This document shows, one piece after another, positions 1-8,356 of a stretch of DNA of 64,000 nucleotides. Both the position numbers and the translations under genes were made by a program. A model generated the notes under the pieces. It had not been told where the DNA came from. It ran no database searches and worked only from the letters and a program-made list of their open reading frames with translations. This DNA comes from Escherichia phage vB_EcoM_3HA11: sequence record MN342150. One strand, written 5' to 3'. Each line of letters starts with the position of its first letter. Position 1 is the stretch's first letter.

Positions 1-615
1 GGATATGAACACTTAATGGTGTTTATTGCGATTCAGGGGGCAAAAGAAGGCATCATCAGTTCTGAATATTCTGGAACGATGCGCCTGGCTGATTATGTTG
101 CTCCCGAAGCGTTTATCAAGAAATGTATCGACGCATGGTGCCTTTATGCTATCGGCACGTATCCTACTCCTCCGGCAGGTGAGATACTGTTTACCGTTCC
201 GACCCCAGCCGCTGGCGACACAGACGCGATCTTTGCTGATATGTTGGCCAAAGGTTATCTGGCATATGATAGTGCTCACAATGTCTATGACTTCTCGGCG
301 TTGAATCGTATCTTCGGATACACCATAACATCCGAAGCCAATATTCCCGACTATGGAATTCTGGCATGGGGTATTGACGGTCTCGGCGCAACATATGCGT
401 CTTCTGATGTTGGTCCTGTATTGATTGACACAGGTGTGACAATGGAGCAATACATGTCACAATTCCCTCAGCATAATGTTACCGGAAGCGACATCATTAT
501 TGTCTATCCTGGTTCTAATGCGTTGTCCCGCCTGGTGGACGGCTGGAAGCCTCAGCTGAAGGACATCGTTGCTGGAATCAGATTTCACATCCCTGTCGTC
601 AATCCCACACCTTAA
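1..615 (+). CDS. hypothetical protein, 3' part of a gene that probably begins upstream of the window
   Basis: Frame is open from base 1 (no in-frame stop before the ATG at 16); ends at 615 followed by a hairpin terminator. Confidence 0.4.
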   Translation, partial: GYEHLMVFIAIQGAKEGIISSEYSGTMRLADYVAPEAFIKKCIDAWCLYAIGTYPTPPAGEILFTVPTPAAGDTDAIFADMLAKGYLAYDSAHNVYDFSALNRIFGYTITSEANIPDYGILAWGIDGLGATYASSDVGPVLIDTGVTMEQYMSQFPQHNVTGSDIIIVYPGSNALSRLVDGWKPQLKDIVAGIRFHIPVVNPTP

Positions 616-628
616 ATTATTCAATAAA

Positions 629-650
629 AGGGGCGTTTGCCCCTTTACTT
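629..650 (+). terminator. rho-independent terminator hairpin (GGGGC-GTTT-GCCCC plus T run)
   Basis: GC stem-loop followed by TTT directly after stop of the first ORF. Confidence 0.5.
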
Positions 651-671
651 CTTCAATAACCCACGTATAAT
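644..671 (+). promoter_or_regulatory. T4-early-like promoter (-35 TTTACT, 16 nt spacer, -10 TATAAT)
   Basis: Hexamers with sigma70-like spacing about 50 nt upstream of the ATG at 720; same architecture recurs at 7448, 13899, 33182. Confidence 0.4.
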
Positions 672-719
672 TCTAAACATAAGCAGTACGACACCAACTT
701 GAAAAGCAGGAACTACATT

Positions 720-995
720 ATGAAAATCATCCTCGACGCATATATCCGTTACGGCAGCAAATGTCTCATGGCCAAGGTTTATAACGGCGAAGAATTAGTA
801 CACGCTCAAACTGCTCCTTCTGAACAATTACGTGAAATTATGGCACGTGATTTCCCTGGCGTTGAAATTGTTGAACCCGCCAACCAAGCCGAAGTTGACA
901 AAGAATGGGAACGCGAATGGAGTCCAGCGGCGCTTACCCAGGCTGAAAAGAATTGGTCTAACCGCGAAAACGCCAACCGTCCTTTCCGTCGTTAA
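720..995 (+). CDS. hypothetical small acidic protein
   Basis: ORF track 699..995 begins at TTG; ATG at 720 is preceded by AGGAA at optimal spacing (AGGAACTACATTATG). Confidence 0.5.
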   Translation: MKIILDAYIRYGSKCLMAKVYNGEELVHAQTAPSEQLREIMARDFPGVEIVEPANQAEVDKEWEREWSPAALTQAEKNWSNRENANRPFRR

Positions 996-1073
996 GACCC
1001 TGGGGCATATAACGCCCCTTTCTTTTCGCTAATTAAGGGAAACCGCACCGATTTTATAATCAGGAGAATTACA

Positions 1074-3461
1074 ATGGCCATCCCATCTTTCTTGAACTTT
1101 CTTGAAGAGTCTAAACAATTAGACGAAGCGTTTAACTCATCCCCGTATGAATTGACTTTCGGCAAGAAGAACGCTGGCGACATTTTCTTCACATTTGTTG
1201 ATGAAGACGAAAAAGAATTCCGTATTCAATTCTATACCCCACAAGGTCTAGGCAAGAATGTTCGCCAAGTCTTTATCGGTCAGAAGCGTGGTTCAACCTA
1301 TCCAGACGCAATCGGTCGTTTCAAAAACCCAATGCGTGTCATCGCATCCATGATCGAAGCGACTAAACAATTCATGGCGACACCGCTGGGTAAAACCATT
1401 GATGGGTTTGCGATTAACTTCTCCAAGAAAGCTCTAGAACGCGGAACGACGTTACTCCCAAAAATTATTCGTCAATCTGGTCTGAAGCAGAAACTCAACG
1501 TCATGGATCTGACTTATACCCCAATCCCTGACCGCGCCTTCGTATGGGTTGTGCGTAAAGGCAAGGATCCTGCTCAGGTATTTGATGGTCCGAAAATGAA
1601 AGGTGTCACATGGGATGATCCGGACAAAGTCGGTGACGTTCCTGACCAGGCTGCTCGTGACGCCGCACTACAAGGTGACATGGATGATTTGAGCCAAGCC
1701 GTAAATGCCGATTCTCGCTGGATTCTGACCAAAGCTGATCATACTCAGCCTATGCTTGTCTGGTCTGGTAAAGAACGTGGGCGGACTATTACCGCCAATA
1801 TCGCACCTCACGCGAATGAACCTGGTGTGTATGCTGGTAGTATCATGAACGAGAAACGGATCCGCGCTCAATCCCCAGACGCTATTGTACGCCAACTGGG
1901 ATTACCGCAGATCCCTCTGAATATTCTGAATGATTTCACCAAGCAGTCGTCCATCTTCTGGAAAGAGATGACGGGGGATTCTGGAAAAATAGACATGCAG
2001 ACTCTTCCAAAAACCGGTTCTATGGATGATCTGCGCAACCAGGGTTATATCGCCCGCATCTTGGGCATCGTTGATACATATGCTCCTCAGCAAGTCGGCA
2101 TGTATGCTGGTGAAAAATTGGCTCGGGTTGGTGCTGGCAAATATCGAACTTCTGGCGGGTTGGATATTCAAGTCTATTTTTGGGGGATTGTCAACAGCAA
2201 ACTCTCTGTAGAAGTGGTTTCTGATTTATCTGGCAATGAACAGCTGATGCTGGAAGGCGACGTGAAAAACGCGGCTTTTGAAATCGTCAGTGCGATATCC
2301 CGTGCTGCTGATTCTCAGTTCAACGGTGAAGTGGAATGTCGTGTTGTTCCGATCAACGGTGCCCCATACCCGATTCAAAAGATTTCCCGTTCCCAGGGTT
2401 ATTCTTATGTCGATTGTATTTCGTTTACTTTGAAGATCGCCGATGCATTGTTAAATCGATTTACTCTGGGTAAGGCAGTCAAACTCGATCTGATAAAAGA
2501 GTTCCCTCGAACGACGTTTATTGTTCGTTATGACTGGCGCGGCAAAGATACTCTGATGGTCCAGTCTTCTGATGGGAAGACTATCTTCGGCGAAATCAAC
2601 ACAAATTCCAGTGATAACGCTGTCATCACTGCGAACCTGAAAGCCCCAAGCAATGCGAAGATATTTGGTGAAACCGTTCATGGGTTCTCTGTGGCTTGGG
2701 ACTTCCAGTTCCCTGCGGGTAGCCAGCTGCAAGCCGCACGGTTCGTTACGAACGTGACTTACGACTTCGATCGTAATAAGGCCAACATCACGACCATGCT
2801 GACAGAAAATGGCCGAAATGTAGTCAATAGCCGCGGATATGACATTCAGTTATCTGTCAAGTCTGTGCAAGATGCTTTGAATGAGACTTCACAACGCCTG
2901 AAAGACGCTGCGGCTCAATTGAGCCATCTCAGTTCATCAAACTATAACCCGAACAATCTGTTCCTGAATGATATCACCGTCAGTAAGTTTGGTGCAATTA
3001 TGTTCCAAGACAAAGATCTGGCACAGTCCAGAAACCGCACGGTAGTCATTGATGCTTTGGCTCGGGCGAAAGATCAGGTCGCTGGTGGTAAGAATGCAGG
3101 TGACCTGGCCACCTATGCCGGATCCATTCGTGACAGCGCTCCTAATGGACGAGATCTGGATTGGCAGGTATACACAGCCAGTAATGGTACAGTTCTGAAT
3201 GTTGCTTGGGATATCACTTTCCGTCGCAACACAACCGAAGGCGCATATCGTGAATTCAAAGATCAGATCAACCGTGCCAACCAATACCTGCAAACGGTAT
3301 ACAACGACGCGAAATCTAAAGGCTATAATCCCACCGAGCCAAATCTCATGACTATTGAACGCGCTCGTCAATCCGACGAATGGGCTATGAGTAATGGTGA
3401 TAGTGCATACAGTGAATATGAACAATCGCTGGGTGGTAATCTCCAGATCCGTCTGAAATAA
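1074..3461 (+). CDS. large hypothetical protein (795 aa) with capsid-targeting-sequence-like N-terminus; candidate packaged/injected protein
   Basis: Long ORF with SD AGGAG; N-terminus SFLNFLEES resembles the F-x-x-F-L-x-E pattern of T4 internal-protein targeting peptides. Confidence 0.55.
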   Translation: MAIPSFLNFLEESKQLDEAFNSSPYELTFGKKNAGDIFFTFVDEDEKEFRIQFYTPQGLGKNVRQVFIGQKRGSTYPDAIGRFKNPMRVIASMIEATKQFMATPLGKTIDGFAINFSKKALERGTTLLPKIIRQSGLKQKLNVMDLTYTPIPDRAFVWVVRKGKDPAQVFDGPKMKGVTWDDPDKVGDVPDQAARDAALQGDMDDLSQAVNADSRWILTKADHTQPMLVWSGKERGRTITANIAPHANEPGVYAGSIMNEKRIRAQSPDAIVRQLGLPQIPLNILNDFTKQSSIFWKEMTGDSGKIDMQTLPKTGSMDDLRNQGYIARILGIVDTYAPQQVGMYAGEKLARVGAGKYRTSGGLDIQVYFWGIVNSKLSVEVVSDLSGNEQLMLEGDVKNAAFEIVSAISRAADSQFNGEVECRVVPINGAPYPIQKISRSQGYSYVDCISFTLKIADALLNRFTLGKAVKLDLIKEFPRTTFIVRYDWRGKDTLMVQSSDGKTIFGEINTNSSDNAVITANLKAPSNAKIFGETVHGFSVAWDFQFPAGSQLQAARFVTNVTYDFDRNKANITTMLTENGRNVVNSRGYDIQLSVKSVQDALNETSQRLKDAAAQLSHLSSSNYNPNNLFLNDITVSKFGAIMFQDKDLAQSRNRTVVIDALARAKDQVAGGKNAGDLATYAGSIRDSAPNGRDLDWQVYTASNGTVLNVAWDITFRRNTTEGAYREFKDQINRANQYLQTVYNDAKSKGYNPTEPNLMTIERARQSDEWAMSNGDSAYSEYEQSLGGNLQIRLK

Positions 3462-3508
3462 ACCATAGCCCCTTCGGGGGCTAAATACATCAAAATCCTT
3501 AGGAGATC

Positions 3509-4081
3509 ATGATGAAACCGTTTATCGAATATTTTAAAGAACAAGCCCAGCAGCCGCAAACTCATGGCGGTATACAAGGCAAAAGTGTAACCATCACTAA
3601 ACAAGCCGATGGAACACAATGGTGCTCCGGCGCTACCGTGACCCAGATCACTCCTGACAATCAGGCCGATGTCTATAACCTGGAATTGACTAATGGCAAC
3701 ACCACTAAAGTGAAACTGACGCCGGACCAGGTTCATGCGGTTTCTGTGGGCAAAGATGTTGTTGCCGTTCATGACGGATACGAATTCTTCTTTGGTAAAG
3801 ACGCCAGCAAAGGTCAGGTCACAGAATCCTATGCTCAAGAACTAGCGAATATGGATAAGATGATCGGTAAAGCGCTGGGCGTTGGCAAATCTCGTAAAAG
3901 CGGTCGTACAGAGTTTGAATATTCCGGTATTCCTGGTATTGGAAAACCTGTCGCAATCGACTTCGGCGGCGAAGACGATCCGTATGTGATCGTCACAGTC
4001 GCTGGTAAACAGCATGACATCAGTAAGGGAAAAACCCTAGCTGTGGACATTGCCAAATATATCGGCGTGAAACCTGTCTAA
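3509..4081 (+). CDS. hypothetical protein, weak capsid-targeting-like N-terminus (KPFIEYFKEQA)
   Basis: ORF with SD AGGAG 6 nt upstream; follows a hairpin. Confidence 0.5.
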   Translation: MMKPFIEYFKEQAQQPQTHGGIQGKSVTITKQADGTQWCSGATVTQITPDNQADVYNLELTNGNTTKVKLTPDQVHAVSVGKDVVAVHDGYEFFFGKDASKGQVTESYAQELANMDKMIGKALGVGKSRKSGRTEFEYSGIPGIGKPVAIDFGGEDDPYVIVTVAGKQHDISKGKTLAVDIAKYIGVKPV

Positions 4082-4090
4082 GGAGGTTGT

Positions 4091-4330
4091 ATGAAAGGGT
4101 TCCCGGATTTCCTGAAAGAGGCGAAGGTTGACCATCGCCGCCTTGGACAACAAGGTATGTACGACATCACTGATGTTGGCCGCCCCGAAAAAGGCGAACT
4201 GATCGACTACTATGATCGTAACGGGGACAAACATCAGGGGAAAGTGAAGTCTGTGAACGCACAGAATATCATGACTCTGACAAACACCAGCACTGGTGAA
4301 ACAGTCAAACTGACTCTGATTAAGCCATAA
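4091..4330 (+). CDS. internal head protein-like small protein (N-terminus MKGFPDFLKEAK)
   Basis: SD AAGGAGG; N-terminal 11 residues match the T4 IP capsid-targeting pattern MKTYQEFIAEA. Confidence 0.55.
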   Translation: MKGFPDFLKEAKVDHRRLGQQGMYDITDVGRPEKGELIDYYDRNGDKHQGKVKSVNAQNIMTLTNTSTGETVKLTLIKP

Positions 4331-4360
4331 AAGAAACCCCGCTTCGGCGGGGTTTTTGTT
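4331..4360. terminator. bidirectional rho-independent terminator (ACCCCGC-TTCG-GCGGGGT flanked by A/T runs)
   Basis: Perfect GC stem with UUCG-type loop between convergent genes 4091..4330 (+) and 4359..4964 (-). Confidence 0.6.
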
Positions 4361-4964
4361 ACTTCACGTACATACAGACCTGGACCTTCTTGCCTTTGTC
4401 GTTCTTGACTTCTACTAATTTAGAAGCGCCATTCAGCTTGACGACAGTCCCCTTTTCCTTCCCACCACTTGGCAATTCATATTCAATCTCTTCACCAGGA
4501 GAAGGCATGCCAGCGCTTGGCCCCATAACAGCAGAGATCTTGTAACGTGCCATACCAGGGCGACCACCTTTGAAGGCATACCAGCCACCTTCTTGCATGT
4601 CTTTCCACTGTTTGTTACCGTCAACAACAATGGATGGATTACCGAAACCGGCCTTGATACCCAGCAAGTCAATTGTCTTTCCCGACTTGTTGTATTTTAC
4701 GGCAGTGTCACCATCAAACTTGTCCAGCATCTGAGTACTGGCGAACTGCCCGTCTTTGATACCAGAAGCAGCGATAACGTCCTTGGCGTTTGTCAGGACA
4801 ATCTTGCGCCCGTCTGGGGTTTCGAAAGTCACCTTATCACCAGAAACATCGGCGTGGAGGAACGTACCCGCAACGTCTTCTGTTGATTTACCGATCTTGT
4901 CAGACTTGATATGTGCAGACATCGGCGGCGCGGCTTCGGTCAAAAAGTCTTGAAAAGTTTTCAT
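4359..4964 (-). CDS. internal head protein-like protein (N-terminus MKTFQDFLTEAA)
   Basis: N-terminus nearly identical in pattern to T4 IPI/IPII/IPIII targeting peptide, with an L-x-E site as cleaved by prohead protease. Confidence 0.6.
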   Translation of the reverse strand: MKTFQDFLTEAAPPMSAHIKSDKIGKSTEDVAGTFLHADVSGDKVTFETPDGRKIVLTNAKDVIAASGIKDGQFASTQMLDKFDGDTAVKYNKSGKTIDLLGIKAGFGNPSIVVDGNKQWKDMQEGGWYAFKGGRPGMARYKISAVMGPSAGMPSPGEEIEYELPSGGKEKGTVVKLNGASKLVEVKNDKGKKVQVCMYVK

Positions 4965-5051
4965 TTCGTTCTCCAGTTATATTATTCTATATAGTACCTC
5001 ATAGACCCCATTAACACTAAATACTAGACAGTTCAACAATAGGAAACAATC

Positions 5052-5405
5052 ATGGTAAGCGCGAGTATATTCATCAACCGTGGACTGCTTGCTATAGCCC
5101 ACTCTCATGCCCTCCACTTCGTTACAACTTCCTATGCCAAGCACAAGGCACTCGGGGAGTTCTACGGGGAACTGGAGGACTTGCTGGATACCTTTACAGA
5201 GGCATATATCGGCGCGGGTGGTGTATATGTCCCAGGGTTTGAGAATATTAAACTGTACAACCCAGATCCTATATCGTATGTCAACAGCGTTGTTATCGAC
5301 GTAAACGGAATTTATGGTCAATGTGACAGCCATCTTCAAAATACGCTCGATGAAATCAAAACTTTGTGCTATCAGACCATCTACAAACTGAAGCAATTGT
5401 CTTAA
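5052..5405 (+). CDS. hypothetical protein
   Basis: ORF with SD AGGAAA upstream. Confidence 0.45.
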   Translation: MVSASIFINRGLLAIAHSHALHFVTTSYAKHKALGEFYGELEDLLDTFTEAYIGAGGVYVPGFENIKLYNPDPISYVNSVVIDVNGIYGQCDSHLQNTLDEIKTLCYQTIYKLKQLS

Positions 5406-5467
5406 CTCAATAGAACATCCTTCAGGTTATAATTTGCCCATTCGTCATCAATAGGATACAGATAACA

Positions 5468-6085
5468 ATGGGCAAAATCTTTATACCTTCTCATTCGGAA
5501 GGTTGTCAAATCGCTGCAAAATTTCTACACAAACAAATGAATTGTGGTGCTGTGTTCGTAGAACCAAATTCATTCGATAATCGTGAATCCCCTGACGCCA
5601 TCGGGTTCAGACCTGGGGGTTGTTCTATATTAATGGAAGTGAAAGTTTCTCGTTCTGATTTCCTAACCGATAAAAAGAAACCACACAGAATGGATCCTTC
5701 AACAGGAATGGGGGCATACCGATTTTATGTTTGTCCTGCTGATGTGATCAAAGTTGAAGATCTCCCACCAAAGTGGGGATTATTATATTTCACTCCTCGG
5801 AAATCATTGAAGCCCGTTCACGTTCCGAATATGCAATATTCTTCGTTATCTTCTCCGGAACATTATGCAAAATATTTGTCCACAGCATTAGGCAAAAAGC
5901 GGTCGACAGATATTCCTCCTTACCTGTTAGGATATAAGCAGATGTTGGAAGAATTCGCCCACTTTGAACGAAATCAAGTCGCAGAGCAGAATATTCTATA
6001 TGGTGCATGGAGACAGCTTTGCATAGCTCAAAGTCGCGGTGTAAATTATAATGTGACAGAAGTATTCCAAAGGCCAAATATCTGA
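5468..6085 (+). CDS. PD-(D/E)xK nuclease-fold protein (putative)
   Basis: Motif ESPDAIGF...ILMEVKVSRSDF fits the D...E-x-K catalytic core; stop overlaps start of primase. Confidence 0.45.
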   Translation: MGKIFIPSHSEGCQIAAKFLHKQMNCGAVFVEPNSFDNRESPDAIGFRPGGCSILMEVKVSRSDFLTDKKKPHRMDPSTGMGAYRFYVCPADVIKVEDLPPKWGLLYFTPRKSLKPVHVPNMQYSSLSSPEHYAKYLSTALGKKRSTDIPPYLLGYKQMLEEFAHFERNQVAEQNILYGAWRQLCIAQSRGVNYNVTEVFQRPNI

Positions 6086-7149
6086 TGAAATTCTTAGACG
6101 AACAATACATCAATTTCCTCGCCCCTCGGCTTGACAAGTTCAGCTGGGAACGCGTAGGCGCTGTCGCCAAGTTCCGTTGCCCTCTATGCGGGGACTCTAA
6201 GAAGAGTGCCAACAAACGTCGTGGTCACTTCTTTTATGATCGCGATGAAGATGTGTTTCGTTTTAAGTGTCACAACTGCAACGAGATGAGTGGTTGGTCG
6301 TTTGAGTTTTGGTTGAAGAAGTTTGATGAAAGATTGTACAACGAATATAATCTTGAAAAATTCAGAATCATGGGGGACACCAATTCACGCCCCCTACAAA
6401 AACTCAAGCCATTACAGCGCCTCACCCAAACAGCGCGTATCGGCTCCCAAGTTGCCAAAAGAGATGAAGAGCATCTCGGCAACATGATACGATTAGATTT
6501 ACTTGATCGTGACCATATTGCTCGTCGTTACGTGGAAGGCAGGGGAATGCCGGAGAGCGCGTTATCTCTTTTGTATTACAGCAAGAACTTCCGCAAGGAT
6601 CTTTTGAATTTTGAAACAGACGTTGAAAAACAGAAGAAGATCCCTGAAGATGAACGGTTGGTTATCCCATTCTGGACTCAAGACGGTCGCATGAAGATCG
6701 TTCAGGGGCGCGCATTCGGTGATAACCTTCCTGATAATGTGTTGCGGTACGCCACTGTCAAGCCCAAAAACGAGGATACTAAAATCTATGGGGAAGAGCG
6801 CATCATATGGAATAAGACCAAATTGGTCGTTGAAGGTCCAATTGATAGCCTGTTCCTCCCGAATTGTTTAGCAACTGCGGATGCTGACCTTCTGAGCGCC
6901 AAGGGGGATATCTATATCCCTGACAACCAATATCGAAACAAACAAGTTTGTGATGGTATACAGAAAATGATAGACAGCGGAGTCAAAGTCGTTCTGTTCC
7001 CGCCAGAAATTCCATGGAAGGATATCAACGATATGGTTCGCCCCGACAAGGGAAATATCCCGATACGTGATCTGCTTCAGATCATAGCCAAGAACGTATA
7101 TCAGGGGATGTCGGCGTCCTTACGATTTTCTGACTTGAGGAAGATATGA
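6085..7149 (+). CDS. 61: DNA primase (T4 gp61-like)
   Basis: Zinc-ribbon FRCPLCGDSK plus KIYGEERI, LVVEGPIDSLF and KDINDMVRP blocks matching T4 gp61; 354 aa. Confidence 0.85.
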   Translation: MKFLDEQYINFLAPRLDKFSWERVGAVAKFRCPLCGDSKKSANKRRGHFFYDRDEDVFRFKCHNCNEMSGWSFEFWLKKFDERLYNEYNLEKFRIMGDTNSRPLQKLKPLQRLTQTARIGSQVAKRDEEHLGNMIRLDLLDRDHIARRYVEGRGMPESALSLLYYSKNFRKDLLNFETDVEKQKKIPEDERLVIPFWTQDGRMKIVQGRAFGDNLPDNVLRYATVKPKNEDTKIYGEERIIWNKTKLVVEGPIDSLFLPNCLATADADLLSAKGDIYIPDNQYRNKQVCDGIQKMIDSGVKVVLFPPEIPWKDINDMVRPDKGNIPIRDLLQIIAKNVYQGMSASLRFSDLRKI

Positions 7150-7355
7150 TGGATTTGAAAGAACTGAATAGTATGGACGATGAAGAGATTCTTCGTGGGT
7201 ATATGCAAGCCCGTGAAGGATATGTCCTATCTGGCTTAGAATCTAAGAGTTTCATCCATGGTTGGAGGAACGGAATGGTGGACTTCGGTGGTTGTCCTAT
7301 CACTGAAGAACAAATGAATTTGGCTCGCCAGTATTTGAAAAAGAAGCCGACCTAA
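7146..7355 (+). CDS. hypothetical small protein
   Basis: ATGA-overlapped with primase stop (translational coupling). Confidence 0.45.
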   Translation: MMDLKELNSMDDEEILRGYMQAREGYVLSGLESKSFIHGWRNGMVDFGGCPITEEQMNLARQYLKKKPT

Positions 7356-7367
7356 AACTTTTTAACT

Positions 7368-7398
7368 CAAAAACCTTCTCTCTAGGCCTCATTCTACG
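7368..7398 (+). terminator. rho-independent terminator (AGGCCTC...GAGGCCT plus TTTT)
   Basis: Inverted repeat with T run after the 7146..7355 gene. Confidence 0.5.
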
Positions 7399-7447
7399 AG
7401 GCCTTTTAAAATACTTCAAAAATAATTTAAAAATTTATTGAAAAAGA

Positions 7448-7476
7448 CTTTACTCTTCAATAATCATGCACTATTA
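7448..7476 (+). promoter_or_regulatory. T4-early-like promoter (-35 TTTACT, 17 nt spacer, -10 TATTAT)
   Basis: Same arrangement as the promoter at 644. Confidence 0.35.
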
Positions 7477-7554
7477 TAGTTCACATAGGGCGGTACACAA
7501 CACCCCGCCGAATGAAAAGTGAAACGACCCAACTACATTATGAGGAATTACATC

Positions 7555-8043
7555 ATGGCTACTACCAAAACTCTGATCACCAACGGCACCATCTCTTTTG
7601 AACTGAACACCGAAGTTGCAAAAGTTGAAATGTTCCGCATCGCGCAGGCAGCTGGCTTCACTGGTGGCAAAACTTCCTTCATGAATCTGCTGAACGGCAA
7701 AGTGAAAGCAACCAACGGTTTCACCCTGGTAGAGCAGGTTGTCGTAGACAAAGCCGTGGTTGCCAAGACTGCTGACAAGGTTGGCATGCTGAAAGGCCTG
7801 GGTCATGATATCCACGTCGTTGAAGCCAACACAGAGACCTACGGCACAATCGTAACAGAAAAAGGCCGTGTGCAACTGAACCCTCTTAACAACGGCACCT
7901 TCTCGGTAATGGTCTTCCCTAAAAAGGGCTATGCCAACGACGACATCGTCAAGGCGGCGGGCGGCGAAGCGAAGTCCCAGTATGTCAAGATGGGCAAGCT
8001 GAGCGCCGACGCAGTAGAAACTCTGGTGAACAAACTGGCTTAA
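7555..8043 (+). CDS. hypothetical protein, probably abundant (strong promoter, optimal RBS, strong terminator)
   Basis: ATG at 7555 preceded by GAGGAATTACATC (same initiation cassette as genes at 720 and 13979). Confidence 0.5.
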   Translation: MATTKTLITNGTISFELNTEVAKVEMFRIAQAAGFTGGKTSFMNLLNGKVKATNGFTLVEQVVVDKAVVAKTADKVGMLKGLGHDIHVVEANTETYGTIVTEKGRVQLNPLNNGTFSVMVFPKKGYANDDIVKAAGGEAKSQYVKMGKLSADAVETLVNKLA

Positions 8044-8075
8044 TTGAAAGGGGGAGGTTTCTCCCCTCTTTTTCA
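8044..8075 (+). terminator. rho-independent terminator (GGGGGAGG-TTTC-TCCCCTC plus TTTTT)
   Basis: Strong GC hairpin with T run. Confidence 0.6.
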
Positions 8076-8098
8076 AAGTTTTGGTGGGAGAATGATAC

Positions 8099-8287
8099 AT
8101 GAGTAGAGCAATTATCCAAGCCTCTCCTGGCGCTCTATGGGTTGCCGACCGAATTCCCAACGCGCACTTTCCTCAGTTCCAGGAGGAACTGGAACAAGCA
8201 ATGTTGAAAATATTTGAAAAATATGGGTATGATTCCGAAGTTAGGATTTCCTTCAAAGAAATCATGCCTGTCGTCGTAGTCAGATAA
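8099..8287 (+). CDS. hypothetical small protein
   Basis: ORF only. Confidence 0.35.
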   Translation: MSRAIIQASPGALWVADRIPNAHFPQFQEELEQAMLKIFEKYGYDSEVRISFKEIMPVVVVR

Positions 8288-8356
8288 TCGACACTAAATC
8301 CTCAAGTTCGACTTTCACTTTAAATACCTTCGCATACATTGCGGAGGTATTTTCTT

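Noticed and set aside
652-657. Recurring TTCAATAA word near several promoters as a fixed -35-like element
   Set aside because: Its distance to the -10 hexamer varies from 8 to 16 nt between sites, so it is not a positional promoter element; probably AT-rich coincidence or an UP-like sequence
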